Position numbers and translations under genes: made by a program. Under the pieces are notes generated by a model. That model ran no database searches. It saw only the letters and a program-made list of their open reading frames with translations, and was not told where the DNA came from. Positions 12,923-27,679 of a stretch of DNA of 64,000 bases are shown in pieces. The DNA is from Octopus vulgaris (taxonomy: Eukaryota), in NCBI GenBank assembly GCA_951406725.2, contig OX597825.1, forward strand, positions 22,196,001 through 22,260,000, written 5' to 3'. Position 1 is the stretch's first letter; every line of letters starts with the position of its first letter.

Positions 12923-14179
12923 ATATATAAAGATACACAATTTATAGATAACACAGTACCGAGGATACTTTCAAAGCAAACGAACTGTAGAAAATGTTGC
13001 TTTGCATATATATATTTTCTCCTTAAAACTGATTCAATATTCCCATGCATCATGCAGTTACTTTTCAAACGATATATTGGCAGCATGACACTTCTCTTTG
13101 TAGTTTATATTGTTTCTATATTATCTCATGTTTAAAATATGCAACACAATCATTTCAGTATCACCTTGTGTACGATATTATGTTTTAAATTTTTTTCCAC
13201 TTTCTAGCGAACTTATGAAACTCAAGAAAATTATAGTATTCTTCTCTTTTTCTAACGAACAGATAAAACTAAGTTGTATATGACAGATTCATAGAAGATA
13301 GAACATACTTTAATTTTTTTCACTTCGTAGTTTACAAAACAATTCGACTACTTACTTAAGTAACCATATTCTGTTTATATCATCTAAATCATCCGTGCTG
13401 TATCATTAAAATTTATGAAAATGAATTCGCTAGACGTCAGCTTCTATTTTTCTTTATTAAATTTGGATTACTACAGTCCATGGTTTTCAGTAGTTTTTCA
13501 AGTTGTCTAACATCTCTACCTTTGTATATTTTCATATAATAATATTTTACAATCGTATGTTACAATCAGAAACAATATTTTAAAATCAGACTTTAGGTTA
13601 CAGTAATTTGAATTTAGTAACTTATTTATCCCGTTTTGTAACTTTTGGGATTTTATGTTGCGTTTCAAACGATCAAATATGCCTCTCGAGCCCTAGAAGG
13701 ACCCATATGTGACAAGCAATTATTAATATTGGTACAGTCAGGTCGTCCATGAAGGCTATTATAAGTGGCTGCTGCTCACCGGATTTTGCCGAGTTCTGTC
13801 TGATGACGTTAATACCATTTCATAGCAACAGCAAAAAGGATTACTGAAAAGGTGAAGCCAGTTATAATACTCGTTTCCAGCCTGTGACGCGCGATTCCTA
13901 TGGATACAAAATCAATTCTGTATCTGGAATTTGCACTTATAAGTCAGAATCATGTTGCCGAGCTTTCTGGAACGTGGTGCCTTTCAAGAGCCTCCTCTAC
14001 TAGCTACTATATCATGGGCTCGTAGGTATATTCGAAGTCCAGATATAGATCCAGCAGATCTATTTTATTTTTCTTAGCCTCTCTTAGCTGCAGCTCGTTC
14101 ATATGTTACTGGTAAAGTTTTATAGATTTATTTAAATCACTAATGTGCAAACGTTTCCATAACGGTATTAATATACGTT

Positions 14180-14404
14180 CGAGCTGGCAGAAACGTTAGC
14201 ACGCCGGGCGAAATGCTTAGCGGTATTTCGTCTGCGTTACGTTGTGAGTTCAAATTCCGCAGAGGTCGACTTTGCCTTTCATCCTTTCGGGGTCGATAAA
14301 TTAAGTACCAGTTACCCACTGGGGTCGACGTAATCGACTTAATACCTATGTCTGTCCTTGTTTGTCCCCTCTTTGTTTAGCCCCTTGTGGGTAATAAAGA
14401 AATA
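14180..14404 (+). mobile_element. SINE family A (tRNA head + Nin-like core), well preserved, with target-site duplication
   Basis: gagctggcagaaacgttagcacg...gagttcaaattccgc...gcctttcatcctttcggggtcgataaattaagtaccag...aaagaaata; direct repeat ggtattaatatacgttcgagc at 14164-14184 and 14405-14425. Confidence 0.92.
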
Positions 14405-14619
14405 GGTATTAATATACGTTCGAGCAATAAGTAGCCGATTCTTTCTCACCGCACACATGGTGGTGTTCCTATAGTTTCTGCTTACAAATTATACATAGAA
14501 CAGTTTCACGTCGGAGACTATAGTAGATGCCATCGTAGTGGAATTGCATCTGGCACTATGGGATTAGGAGGAAGATTTTTAAACACGCACCCCTCATGCT
14601 TTCAAATTGTATATTTATG

Positions 14620-16450
14620 GAACATGTTTCCAATGTAGAAACACTCTGGAACTTCTTGTATTTTGTCTCTTAATATTTTATTCGCACTTTCCTGTCTGAA
14701 ACTTTGGTTGTTGCTTATATGATCCGTGTAAAGCTAACGACAGCTGAATGGCCACTGGTCCCATATATTGTCCGTTTCATATTACCTCAATTTTCCTTTA
14801 AAACATTTATTTCTAGGAATTGTTTTATGCAAAGAAAGAGCTCCGATATAGCAGAATTGTTGGAGTGTCGGGCATAATCCTTGGTGGCTTTTTCATTAGG
14901 ATTTTCATTCAAATTCTATGGGGATCTCATTCTTTTGCGGTTAACAAAATACGTGCCAATCGTGCCCTGACTAGCTAACCCTAAAAATACTGACCTTGTG
15001 CCAACATTTCAAGCAATTTTATATGCAGACGTAGATGCTTCGGTTGCTGGGTATCCACTTAACCGTTTTTATGTGGTATGTATACTAATAAATACATATT
15101 TTAATATAGTATTTTCTAAACTTACCCAATTATTGAAAATCATGGTAGGTATTAGATATCGATTCCATGACTATCTGCCTCCATTTCATTTTAGACAACT
15201 TTAACCCGCTTGGAACTGGGAACATTTATTGTTTATAGCCAAATGTTTAGAATTATTCGATAAAAAATTGCTTGTGTTCGTATAGGAGATCACCATATGT
15301 TTGTTTGAGTTATTATCCCTATTGATACTACCTAATGTTTCACTATGCGCTCCCTCGCGTTACGGAGTTAGAAGGTGATATGGGATTGTGAAGTAACGTA
15401 TAAACAAACTTTCCACATCTAAATTATGAGACAACACCATTACAAAGCTATCGACTGCTAATTGAATTATCATTATGACACTGAAATAGTTTGGCTGCTA
15501 TAATTGTAAGTTATTTATCTTAATATACTCGACTTCTTATAAGGTAGCGATCTGGTAGAATCGTTATCGCACCGAACTAATGCTTAGCGGCATTTCGTCC
15601 TTCCGTTCTGAGTTCAACTTCCGCCGAGGTCGACGTTGCTTTCCATCTTTCGAAGTCGATAACATAGCTACCATTTGAACATTTCCGTCGATGAAATTCC
15701 TTTATCCTCTGCCACTAAATTTCTGGTCATGTGCTAAAATTGGAAATCAATATATTCGACTTCTTCGGTTTGTTGATTCTTGTGTAACCTATTTCTTTAC
15801 TACCCACACGGGGCTAAACAGAGAGAGGACAAACAAGGACAGACAAACGAATTAAGTCGATTGTATCGACCCCAGTGCGTAACTGATACTTATTTAATCG
15901 ACCCCGAAAGGCTGAAAGGTAAAGTCGACCTCGGCGGAATTTGAACTCAGAACGTAGCAGCTAAGTATTTCGCCCGGTGTGCTAACGTTTCTGCCAGCTC
16001 GCCGCCTTGTGTAACCCATTATTAGTTTTAATTAAAGAGATAAGATTTATGCCGATGAATGTTTTAGATACCGTTAAATATTGTATCTAGTTATTCAGTA
16101 TTCCATATATCCTTACCATTTCATTTGTCTAATTGTATTTGGTAGCCCTTTCTAGCAGATGGAATGCCAACCATTGTGTTCGTAAAAAATTATGCCGTAT
16201 CGTAGTTGCCTTTATGGATTCTTTAAACAAAATGGCCGCTAATAATTTTAATTAAATCCTCGACGAATAGGAATTCTGAATGTTTTCTTTTAATAATAAA
16301 TTATAGTTCATTAATGTAAACAATATGACGCTGAAAACAATTATTAGAACTTCAGGAAAGGCATAGAATTATATAAACCAGAAAAGTGTACTTTCTCCTT
16401 TAAAATGAAATTAGATATCTTCGAAATAGAATTGTAATAATTTACTGCTG
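14620..16450 (-). mobile_element. Highly decayed Penelope-like element interrupted by SINEs
   Basis: Minus-strand remnants NKHMVISYTNTSNFLSNNSKH (~15255-15305), KYVFISIHTT*KRLSGY (~15050-15105) and WKLR (~14790) in PLE order. Confidence 0.4.
15542..16006. mobile_element. Two SINE family A copies: 15542-15750(+) degenerate; 15790-16006(-) well preserved with TSD ttgtgtaacc
   Basis: Family motifs; ttgtgtaacc at 15780-15789 and 16007-16016. Confidence 0.88.
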
Positions 16451-18134
16451 TATCTGATAGTGTTAATTTATTTCAAAATTATAACTATTCGAAAAGATAT
16501 TTAAAGGAATTATATAGTTCTATATTGAAAACGGTCGTGGGTGTTTTAGAAATCACAAACAAGCCATTGTTTTATACAGTACACAATTAATGTTCACGTG
16601 TAAAATATCGGTTTAATGCCTTACGTTGCTATAATATCATAAATGATAATTTCACTTCTAAATGATATTTTCACTTACATTTTCATGAACAAAAGCATTG
16701 CTTTTTCTTTTTATGAGTCACACATATTTATATTTTAAAAGATTGAAAATGGAGGACGGCCGAGTTATTTCTATCCTATTTACATTATAAATGACATATA
16801 GGAAGTAATTATTATTTTCTCTGCGAATGAAAACTGAATGCGATAGGAAGGCTATGAAGTCATTAATGATTTTAATATATCGCTAAATATATCAACGTTA
16901 ATATGTTTTCTTTAATTAGGTCTGGTTATCCAATATGAGACGAGAGTAATTGGGAAGCCATGAAGGTTTAGAATATTTTTTGTGCGTGTGTTTTTGCTGC
17001 CATAGACAAAAAAAAACGAACTAAAGTGTGGAGCAAAATCAGGACAGTCGTAGAGATTATTGAAACCTCATTTCTTATTAAAACGTGATATCACGATGAT
17101 TTCATTACGGAACGCTTCCAAGCTGCTTGTATAGACTAAGCCCTGGAGAAGAGAACATTTCGTTGGAAAAGATGAATGGAACAGTATTCACGATGTGTAG
17201 CGAAATGTTTAAAGAAATAGGCTTCTGAATCAAGTTATCGACCTCAAAATTACTTCTTATTCTAAAGATCGGATAAGCTACAATATATAGAGCGAATGAG
17301 GTCCCGGTACAACTTGACATGTAGATATCGGCTCTCATAACGTTCAATTACTTTATCGCACACTATAATAACTACTAATGATCTAACTACAAATTATGTA
17401 CTTAATGGTACACTTGAGTCTATATATCTTTGTAATTGCAAATTACGCTTAAATGTTTACTTATTTGAAGGCAATGTTAATTACAAAGTTCAACGATTTT
17501 AATATGCTGTATTCACGTACAATTTTATTGAGACATTATATCTGTTCTATAATCATTCAGTACAGTTCAATGATGATTTAGTAATAAAATCAATAAATTG
17601 GTAGAATAGCAGGTAAGCTATCGAGAAGCTTGCAGCACTGATCTGTCCAATGATATTACAGAGTGCTGTGCATTTGCAAAACGGAAACTAGACGTTCTAT
17701 TATTTACTTCTGCATAAATGTAATACAGTAATATCCGCTTCATGATATCACTATAAAGTTGACGAATATCTCCTATATACACGATGTTCAGGGCAAGTTT
17801 ATGTGAAAAGAAGTCCGCGCAAGATGATTCGTTCTAAATGATTTGTTCTAGGACTGTTAGAAATCCTTAACTAAACTGAAACCCTTGGAATCACTACAAT
17901 GTCATTGCTTTTTAACCACTAATTGCTTCAGTATCTGTGAGACTATAACTGTATTATAATGGATTCGGAATTTACAAGGTCAGTATATTGAACATTGAAA
18001 GAGATGTGTTTTACTTGCGTATATCTAACACTAGGTAACAAGCAAAGCAATTTTGTTCTCTGGTGTTGGATGCATGTTTCCTAGCAATTTTATGGTACTG
18101 ATTCCAAAAGTGAAATCCATTTTATTCCGTTACC

Positions 18135-18320
18135 TCTTTTAATCACTTTTAATTGTTACAGTCATTTTAATGTGGCCATGTTGGAGCACCCCCTTTAGTC
18201 GAGCAAATCGACACCAGGATTTATTCTTTGTAAGTTTAGTACTTATCCCATCGTTCTCTTTTTGCCGAACCGCTAAGTTACATGGACGTAAACACACCAG
18301 CATCGGTTTGCAAGCGACGC
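18135..18320 (-). mobile_element. 3' half of SINE family B
   Basis: Reverse complement of the gctggtgtgtttacgtcc...gaataa...gtgctccaacatggcc tail. Confidence 0.8.
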
Positions 18321-18809
18321 GTTGGTCTGCATAGAGCTTGGCATAGTTCGAAATGTCATTTACAGTAAATTTAACTACAAAAGTGAAAAGCAAAATAATA
18401 TTTGTGAAATTTGTCTGCAGATATGCTCACGCTGTGCTTGATTTAGTATAACTATCATTGGAAACCAAGTGAGACATATCTTATCGAACATTTAAGTATT
18501 TCTTATGAAAAGTGGTATTTCGAACGCGCTATTAATGATTTTATTGTGAGGGCATATTCAGTTTTTGTTTAGCATTGAGCATTGTCGGAGAAATTATGCT
18601 ATTTTCTATCACAAGTTTTCATTTGCTTTGCATTTATAACTTAGCATGATTATATGTTTTGTATTTTAGAATACGGCCAGTTACAAGAGAACAAATTAAA
18701 AAAAAAACAGCCCCCGTGTCTTCTATATCAGTGGAGGTTACACTTTGTTTAGTCACAGATTTTGTGAAAAGTGCCTATCTTACTTTGGCATGTATCTGAG
18801 TGATCAAGA

Positions 18810-19820
18810 CGAAGCCTGGGCACTACTTATGTTTTGTAAAACATATGTTGAAACAAGAAAACAGTGACTGTTTCAAATTTTTAAGCTGAAAGTTTCCAGC
18901 TTTATCTTATGAGAAAATTGAGTTTGCTGTGTTTCACGGGGCACAAATTTTGTGTGTATTGAAGACAGAACAGTTTTTGGAAACCATGTCTGGATGTGAT
19001 AAATAAACATATAATACTTTGCAGCAATTTTGTCTGATTTCCTGGAAAACAGAAATTCATCAACTTATGAAGAACTTGCGCAGACTATGTTAACCAGTGT
19101 TCGAGCCCTTGGCTGCAATAAGAGTGTAAAACTGTATTTCCTGCACAGTCATCTGGACTACCACCTCCCTAAAAACTATAGTGCAAAGGAGTTGTGAGCA
19201 AGGAGATAAAATCCACCCAGACATCTAGACGATGAAGACTAGGTATCAAGGCAAGTGGAACACAAATATTATAGCTGACTACTGTTCGCCTCTGCCAAGA
19301 GACTGTCCTGAAGTAAGATGTTGAGGCATAGCGGCAAAAATGAAGTTCACTCCTTGATTAGCTGAAATTCTACTTTGACAGGAGTAATTCTCCTAAGATA
19401 TATACTTCAGTATTTTGTGTAATATAATTATTACACAATAAAATGCATTATTTGATTTGTATTCATTTCTTAGTTCAGAATTACATTTAATGGCAAAATT
19501 TACTAAATAATGAAGTCCTGTTTAACAAAAACCTTGATGTGGAACCCAGAACCCAGAACAAATTAGGCGGGGTTAATTGTAAAAAGCAAGACATGTAAAC
19601 GTTTTTTTTTCAATAAAATAGTTATTTAAAAAAGGTATGACCAGCCCTATTTCTTGCAGAGAAGCAATGTACTTGAGTGTATAATGAGAGTAGGCTGTAG
19701 AAAGATGGTCTGACATGACAAATGAAAATTCATCGTAGATTTGAAATCGGTCAATTTTAGACTAAATCAAGTGAAACGTAAACTCAACAGAAATTAAGTT
19801 CAAAATTGTTGCCTTGTATA
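18810..19820 (+). mobile_element. Chapaev3-type (CMC superfamily) DNA transposon remnant: transposase C-terminal part plus probable 3' terminus
   Basis: Remnants KFPALSYEKIEFAVFHGAQI, FLENRNSSTYEELAQTML, LGCNKSVKLYFLHSHLDY, EQGDKIHPDI*TMKTRYQGKWNTNIIADYC match the family pattern LGCNMSLKIHFLHSHLD..EHGERFHQDI..MEKRYQG..MLADYCW. Confidence 0.8.
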
Positions 19821-20556
19821 ATCTCTGCTAGGATAACCTCATTTCTCGGTGTCAATTATTTAAATAAGAATATTTCATTCTCTCAGTGACTCCAATTACA
19901 CATATTACAACTGTAAGAAACCAAAAAAAAGAGAATGGATACAGTTTTTCTCTGTCAAGTGTCATTGCAAATGGATTATTGAAAAGGGGAAGATAGTGGA
20001 TTGAATATATTTGAGGATGACAATTGAATAGTTTGAGAACGTATTGTAGATTGGGTGCTTATTCTAATGTAATGGCATAGCAGATTATATCTGGAGTAGA
20101 AGTAAAAAATAAAAAAGTGCAGAAGTGATAAAGAAAGAGAGTATAAGACAAAGAGAGAGAGAGGCAGAGAGAGTGAGGGAGAAAGAGAGGGTTTTTTTCT
20201 CCGTTATTCAAAGTGGAGGCATGTTTATGTTAATATTTCAAAATATAATTATTTGAGAAAACCCTTTAAATTTTATGAATTGTTTCGTTCGAAATAGAGG
20301 AAAGTGGTTTGATGGATTGACATTGTCAGTACATATTTACAGGGTTGAAAGTGCTTGCACGATTATGTTTGCATTTTCACTAGAATTTGTACTGCTAACA
20401 TTGTCAAGATTTCGAGAACATTTCCCGGAATATTCGGGTAATTCTGGTCAGGGACAAATTAAATTCTCTCTTCGCAGAAATACTATTTAAATTGTAGTCT
20501 TGTGAGTCTACTTGTTTCAAAATAGACATTGGCTGTCGGACAGATTTTAACGATAT

Positions 20557-20680
20557 ATTGGGTTGTCCGAAAAGTTCGTGCCGATTTTTAAAGGAAAGAA
20601 AAAGGTCAATAAATACTTGTCATTACATTTTTAATCAACCAAATATGAACCATTTTGCTGCACAATGCGTCTCCATCTTA
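20557..20680 (-). mobile_element. Mariner 3' end fragment (same family as 41601-42168)
   Basis: ta-ttgggttgtccgaaaagttcgtgccgatttttaaaggaaag... nearly identical to 41601-41720. Confidence 0.85.
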
Positions 20681-21085
20681 AAACGTATTACTTCATCTTG
20701 TACTCCCTCTGGTCCAACTATGTGAGGAAGATAATACTGCAAGGGTTGTCTTAAAACTTAAAGAGCTTATTATCCGATTGTTCATAGGCCCTACGTTATA
20801 ACAACTCTCTGAAAGTTATATATAATTATTCTCGAAACATTAAGTGTGTGTTTTCTATCTTCAATGCCAGACATGACAGCGGCAATTTTATGTCAGATAA
20901 TCAAGTACAATATTATAATGCCAACATCTATTCAGAGTTTATAAAGAATTTCGCCGTAAACATTTTTGCCGTAGGAAATTTTGTTTTAGATAAATTCATC
21001 ACGTTTTTATAACCATTGAAGTCGAATAAAAACTTGCCTAATAAATGAGTTTAGAAGACATTTTGTTATCTTTTATTACCTTTCA

Positions 21086-21450
21086 TAACCTTTTTCCTAA
21101 GGAAGAGGTATTGTTTTCAGTCGTGTTTGTTTGTTTATCCGTGGACAAGATATCTCAAGAACCGCTGAATGGATTCGGATGAAACTTTTAGGAACGTTTG
21201 ACCTCGTGACTGGCACGAACGGATTAGATTTGGGTATCGATTCAATATCGGACAAAAATTCTAGATTATTTTTCCTTTTTTTTCTTTAAATTCAATTTTT
21301 GCGAGCAGTCGGATTCATATTTAGTATTCTCGTTTGTGAGAGCAGTCGAGTTTTTTCAGATATTCTCATTTTAAAAATCATCTCCGGTTAATCGTTGAGA
21401 GGACGTTTGTGTTGCCTTGGCAGAGGTTTGTGCTCTATGAGTGCTCTTGT
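21086..21450 (+). mobile_element. Helentron-associated non-autonomous element (HINE / DINE-1-like)
   Basis: 5' acctt..cctaaggaagaggtattgttttc, (gttt)n tract, caagatatctcaagaaccgctgaatggattcggatgaaactt core, 3' subTIR ccttggcagaggt and terminal hairpin gtgctctatgagtgc. Confidence 0.7.
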
Positions 21451-22895
21451 TATTCTTATTTTATTTTTAAAAATGCTAATATAATACAATTTGCCATGGT
21501 CTATTACGGCAGAATTTCTTGCTTCAACTTTTCCGGACACTCAACTCATGCATATTTAAAAAAATATCCTACTGATAGTTATTAACAGCTTTTGTTATTT
21601 TGTAAAAATGTATTGCTTTCATCTGCAGGGATAAATGAAAAGATCCCACGACATCTCGAGGCTGTTAACATTCCTTTGAAACTGCTGTAGTGGACACCTC
21701 TAGGTAGATGGAGGCTTGAGCGAAGGCTCAATGTTTTGAAGTGACAGAGCGGAACCGTCGGAGTGTGCCTGGTTGCTGAAATTAGTATTGTTGAATTTAG
21801 GAGAGAGGAGCAATTCGGAAATGCATGAGTAGAGATTGAAAATGTATAAAACCTCGAAGAACAGAGGAAATTAAAGAAGTACTAGAAAAAAGCGAGCGGT
21901 GGGGAGGTAGGAATTTTTTGCACCAGAGTTTGATGTTTCTGTTCTAATAAATCGAGCGGCATTTCTCTATACGCGGTCTAGAATGCATTTGCGTGTAAGT
22001 TCAACACTAATTTAAGCGTGAAAACAGGCCTCAATTGTGAGTTTCACTTGAGCTCTGTAATGTATCTTTGCATGTTAGGAATTGATGTATTTATTTGTTC
22101 AGAAGGCTAGAACAAATCTTTGCAATGAAGAATATATGCTCGGTAGTAGTCGTGCTAGTTATTTTGAGAGTCTGTTGAGCTCTTACTTTTTGGTGCGTAT
22201 GTTCATGGGACAGCACGCTTTCTTTATATGAATTGTATTTAAGAATTTGTTTTCCAGGAAAAAAAAAAAACGCATGACAGTACTGTAGACATATGGATGA
22301 CGAAAATATTTGTCTACTTAAAAAAAAAAAAATTAGTCACTAAAATAAAACGACACCAATAAACAATATGAGATTGTTTTTTGGCAAACACAACAAAGAC
22401 TATATGTTGTGAAATCATGCTACAGACAGAAAAGAGACAAAAAGTTTAGATATTTAAAACGAATTCTATAGCTATAGATAAAAAAGGCGTTTCTAAATCT
22501 AGAATCTAGTAACCAAAATATCGTTATATCTAGACCGATAGAATATATAATATTCACTTAGATCAAAGTATACCTCAGCCACAGATGTCTGGTTCAAAAA
22601 AGAAGCTTCACATAATATATCACGCGTTTCATGTTAAATGTTGCAGTATGGTGCAATAAATATCGTCAAATATATTCATATATAGTTTTTAGATTTTAAG
22701 AGTGAAGCTTGGGCAAACATGGGTATCGAAAACTATATTTTCTTATACCTTATGCTCTTTTTCTTCTGTTTTGTGAATATGAGTTGCCTCTAGGTAGATA
22801 TCGGCTAAATCAATCAAGAATTGAATTAAATATAAATATGTATTTATTGTTGTTAGACAGATGATTCGAAGGTGGAAACTTCGTGTAGCTCTGAG

Positions 22896-22941
22896 TTAAG
22901 TCACATCTGTGCATGGGGGTGTGCTTATATATGTGCAATAC
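22896..22941 (-). CDS. Candidate alternative terminal exon (phase 2), x-YCTYISTPPCTDVT*
   Basis: Textbook minus-strand 3' splice site ccactcaccgtgctctttcag|G; phase-2 reading is compatible with the donors at 45843, 44461 and 36560; no expression evidence. Confidence 0.3.
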
Positions 22942-23786
22942 CTGAAAGAGCACGGTGAGTGGTCATTCGTTATGTAGAGCAATCGATCCCGTTCGACAGC
23001 TTCTTCAGTTATCGTATGTTACCAATTGCCGCAAACATGCTAAAAGTTTTCTAAGGTGTGAATTAATTAGAAACAAGTATAAATGCTACATCGTTGTATC
23101 TATGATATTTAAAACACACAGGTTTGTACAATTAAGTTTTATCACCATAAATATCTTACACAATACTCCATTATACACTGTTTCTTAACTGTGAACTTGA
23201 TAATTTATTATTATTTTTTATTTTTACAAAATTGTCCTTCTTTTAATAAATATTTAAAAAGAAATTTCTGGCAGAACATTTAAAAATATATGTAATTTGT
23301 TTTCTATTATTCTCTTTCATCTAAATTGATTTTATTCAAACTATCATTCGTTACAATGTTTCTCGAGCTTATTTGCCTTTAGCTTGACATCTAACATTTG
23401 AATTCCTGTGAAGCTATTTGGCCATTAACAATGGAGGTACATTGAACTGTCTATTGATGAATATTCTTTACATTGTGGATGTAATTTGTTTCCTGCGTCA
23501 AAAACAATTCATGTATAGTCTCCGTAAACATACTGCGAATCTAATTACCCTATGTACCTGTTTCCTTTTGTGTTGGAGTCTATGTACAATTGTCTGCATC
23601 AACATTATCATTTTCATCGCTTTATATCAAGGACTTATACCATTTAATTTATGTATATGTTAAAAGGTGAGAATAAAAGCCTAAACCTGATATAAAAATT
23701 CTCTGGCAAGAAGATCAAAACTGAAGTGCAGCTGACCTCCAAAGTCCTCGCTGTCGGATGACCATTGTCTTTCGACATCTCCTTTC

Positions 23787-23921
<135 letters not shown>

Positions 23922-24002
23922 CATCTATCTATCTGTCTCCTCTTCAAAATTATTAAAAAAATTTTGCATCTAACATACATGACAAATATTTTCTTCGAAA
24001 AT

Positions 24003-24168
24003 AGGAGCAGGAGTGGCTGTGTGGTAAGTAGCTTGCTTACTAACCACATGGTTCCGGGTTCAGTCCCACTGCGTCGAACCTTGGGCAACTGTCTTCTACT
24101 ATAGGCTCCGGCTGACCAAAGCCTTGTGAGTGAATTTGATAGATGGAAACACTAAGAAGCCCGTCCTA

Positions 24169-24246
<78 letters not shown>

Positions 24247-24270
24247 TGTGTGGGTGTGTTTGTGTCTTGA
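24003..24270 (+). mobile_element. 5' half of SINE family B with internal (TA)n(TG)n
   Basis: ggagcaggagtggctgtgtggtaagtagcttgcttactaaccacatggttccgggttcagtccc...aagaagcccgtc then microsatellite. Confidence 0.88.
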
Positions 24271-24869
24271 TGAACGCTATCACACATTAGCAGTACTAGA
24301 TAGAGAAAGTGATAAGTCGAATTTCTTAATGATGTTAGTCAAACTTCACAAGTGATTGTAGTAAACTAACTTCAGGAAATCAATGAGGAATTAGATATTT
24401 GCAGAATAACTGATTTAAAAACTCTAAAACGTCTGAAAAACAAATATTTGCACCGGCTGGATCCCATCAAATAGGTGATTTCGAATTTATTGGACACGTA
24501 TTTGGGAACGGCAAGAACGAATATATTTATACCAATCATTCTAATACTGAAAAGAAGCGAAAGCTATTTAATCACCCATTAGATACACCACCTGAGTGTA
24601 TCGACATTTACCCACCTAAAATACCTCCCTCCACACCTGGATGTTTCCATCCTTTGAATAACAACATACAATGGTGATAGCAACTCTGCAAAAGTATAAA
24701 TAAGCCTCCATCTCTGAAATGAAGTAGAAATCAATCACCCTATATAAGAAGGCACAGTGTGTCTCGTAATTAGGAAACCCCTATTAAACTCTATTATTCT
24801 AATGATTTTTAATGATATTCAAAGAAGTGCAATATTCAATAAATTAGAATCATGTAAACTTCAGAGGTA

Positions 24870-25630
24870 TCGCTTTTCTTGTTACAGCTGGTAAGATTTT
24901 AACAAAACTCACTCTTGGTTCCCGTTCCAGAACATCATTACATTGTAGAGGATCACGATTCATTACTACATTGTCCATTTTTATGTATATTTAACGTTTC
25001 GAACGCTTGTCTCGCTTCTTAAGAGTTCTCAGATCACTACATGATAATATGACAAAGGGGCTATTTTTCAGAGGCAACGTTCGTTCATCACCTCCTTACT
25101 ATCATTGGAATTAAACAGAGTGATGTTTATACTCCTGGTTGATGTTTTTCATAATTATAATCCGTGTTGTAAACAATATTATAAATAGCAGAAATTTCCT
25201 CCAGAATTATTACTATAGAGATATATTTTAAGCTGTAGAGAATCCAAACATCAGGACGACACTGATACCATTACACATTCTCCCTTTAATATGTTGAAGA
25301 TAATACCGTTAGAATCGAGAAAATTAAAGACAAATTCCGGACACTTCTTTGTGCAACCAAGGGATTTATTCTTTTTGGTTATCAAGTTGAAAATTAATAT
25401 TTTAAAAAAAGAACACATTTTTGGTGGAATCTACATTAGAAGCACCTTCGCTTGAAAGGAAAACTCATGGGCAATTGGAAGAAAGTAGCGGGTAGTTTCT
25501 TCCTGGTCAATGATGCACCTCTCCATAATGCGGTAAACACTCCGAGCTCAAAATTAGAACTGAGATTACCCCCAGAGGAAAAAAATGGAAGGTCTGTTAT
25601 TGGAAACTAATCGGTTTTAGATGGACCGTT
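24870..25630 (+). mobile_element. Possible highly decayed mariner transposase
   Basis: Remnants FL-RIITIE (~25195-25220) and FFLVNDAPLHNA (~25495-25535) resemble the mariner IITGDE and HDNAPAH motifs. Confidence 0.35.
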
Positions 25631-25676
25631 GTTGACAATAATGATAATTAATCATAATTTACAATGTTAGATATTC

Positions 25677-25752
<76 letters not shown>

Positions 25753-25836
25753 AAATGTAACTATGATTGTGTATGTGTGTGCATATGTGTAATAGACATA
25801 TACATACATACATATATATATGTATGTATATATATA

Positions 25837-26006
<170 letters not shown>

Positions 26007-26714
26007 CATGTGTGTGTTTATCAATTGTAAAAAGGAATGCTTCTAATATATTCTGAAAGCCTTTAATGCATACGTTTTACTTCTGTGTAATAGAAATAGG
26101 AAGAGGTAAATAATAGAGTGTACGTCCCTTTAAGTTCATAGGTGCGTTTGTATATTCATCCATGTTTACTGCTACACAGATTAAGTGACTTTCTCTGCAT
26201 CTGTTTGTTGTGTAAATTCTCCGGGCCAACATCCTCTAACTGTGATTAAATGATTAAATAAGTGTACGGTTGGAGATAGATGAATAGTAAACTGTTGCTC
26301 AAGTATAATCACAAAACTCATTAACTAAACTGATATGATTAATGTGGGAGTGAAGATTAGCTTGACATGGGATAATATGTCATTAATCTCGGTATAACGC
26401 TTCTACGATTCTCTGTTAAATAAATATCTGTTATTCATGCTTGAGTAAGATTAGAATATCAAATAAGATATATCTTTACTCTGCCGTCACGAATTTAGTT
26501 GCATAATCTGCAGCAGTCTATGGTGTCCGTGTCCGTTCTATTTTGGCATCATGCTGAGATTGTACTTGATTTATTTCCACCCAAATTCGTAAAAATAATG
26601 AAGTTGCTACCTTAATATTTGGCTTGCTTCTGCACTTTATTTTCATTTCCTTTTACTTGTCAACGTCCCGTCAGTCTCGTATATTTGATCATTAAAATAA
26701 TGTAATTGTATACC

Positions 26715-27131
26715 TATTTTTTTATTACCCACCAGGGGATAAACATAGAGGGGACAAACAAGGACAGACATAGGTATTAAGTCAATTACATTCGACTCCA
26801 GTGCGTAACTGGTACTTATTTAATAGACCCTGAAAGGATGAAAGGCAAAGTCGACCTCGGCGGAATTCGAACTCACAAGGTAACGGTAGACGAAATACCT
26901 ATTTCTTTACTACCCACAAGGGGCTAAACACAGAGAGGACAAACAAGGACAGACAAACGGAATAAGTCTATTATATCGCCCCCAGTGCGTTACTGGTACT
27001 TATTTAAACGACCCCGAAAGGATGAAAGGCAAAGTCGACCTCGGCGGAATTTGAACTCAGAACGTAACGGCGGACGAAATACCGCTAAGCATTTCGCCCG
27101 GCGTGCTAACGTTTCTGCTAGCTCTCCGCCT
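26715..27131 (-). mobile_element. SINE family A dimer (full copy + headless copy) within a single TSD
   Basis: Two tandem cores; aaaataatgtaattgta at 26694-26710 and 27134-27150. Confidence 0.9.
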
Positions 27132-27289
27132 TAAAAATAATGTAATTGTAAACCGTTGTCATGGTTTCATTCGACTTGATAATCCTTGTGACGGTCATCT
27201 CTTACCTAGAATATGAGTAATTATTGTCTAGTATTGCCTACTGAAAGTGGAATCGGTAGTCATTCACCTGTGCGCTGCTACCGACTTAA

Positions 27290-27679
27290 ATGGATGGAAG
27301 CACTCCGTCGGTTACGACGATGAAAGTTCCGGTTGATCCGACCAACGGAACAACCTGCTCGTGAAAATAACGTGTAAGTGGCTGAGCACTCCACAGAAAC
27401 GTGTACCCTCAACGTAGTTCTCGGGGATATTCAGCGTGACACAGAGAGTGACAAGGCCGGCCCTTTGAAATAAAGGTACAACAGAAACAGGAAGAAAGAG
27501 TGAGAGAAAGTTGGGGTGAAAGAGTACAGCAGGGATCACCACCATCCCCTGCCGAAGCCTCGTGGAGCTTTAGGTGTTTTCGCTCAATAAACACTCACAA
27601 CGCCCGGTCTGGGAATCGAAACCGCGATCCTACGACCGCGAGTCCGCTGCCCTAACCACTGGGCCATTGCGCCTCCACA
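27290..27679 (-). mobile_element. tRNA-derived SINE family C head joined to tail Y
   Basis: Minus strand tggaggcgcaatggcccagtggttagggcagcggactcgcggtcgtaggatcgcggtttcgattccc (A and B boxes); tail shared with 43104-43270. Confidence 0.88.

Noticed and set aside
13680-14060. Possible old LINE RT trace on the plus strand
   Set aside because: Only isolated weak motif resemblances; not supportable
16850-17260. Possible Tc1/Tc3-like transposase trace (QYETRVIGKP, EHFVGKDEWNSI)
   Set aside because: Too degenerate; no TIRs or DDE motifs could be confirmed
22857-22954. Plus-strand exon candidate (tag|ACAGATG...CACG|gtgagt, open frame TDDSKVETSCSSELSHICAWGCAYICAIPERAR)
   Set aside because: No partner plus-strand exons found, and the gtgagt is also the reverse complement of a minus-strand branch site; cannot be excluded without RNA data
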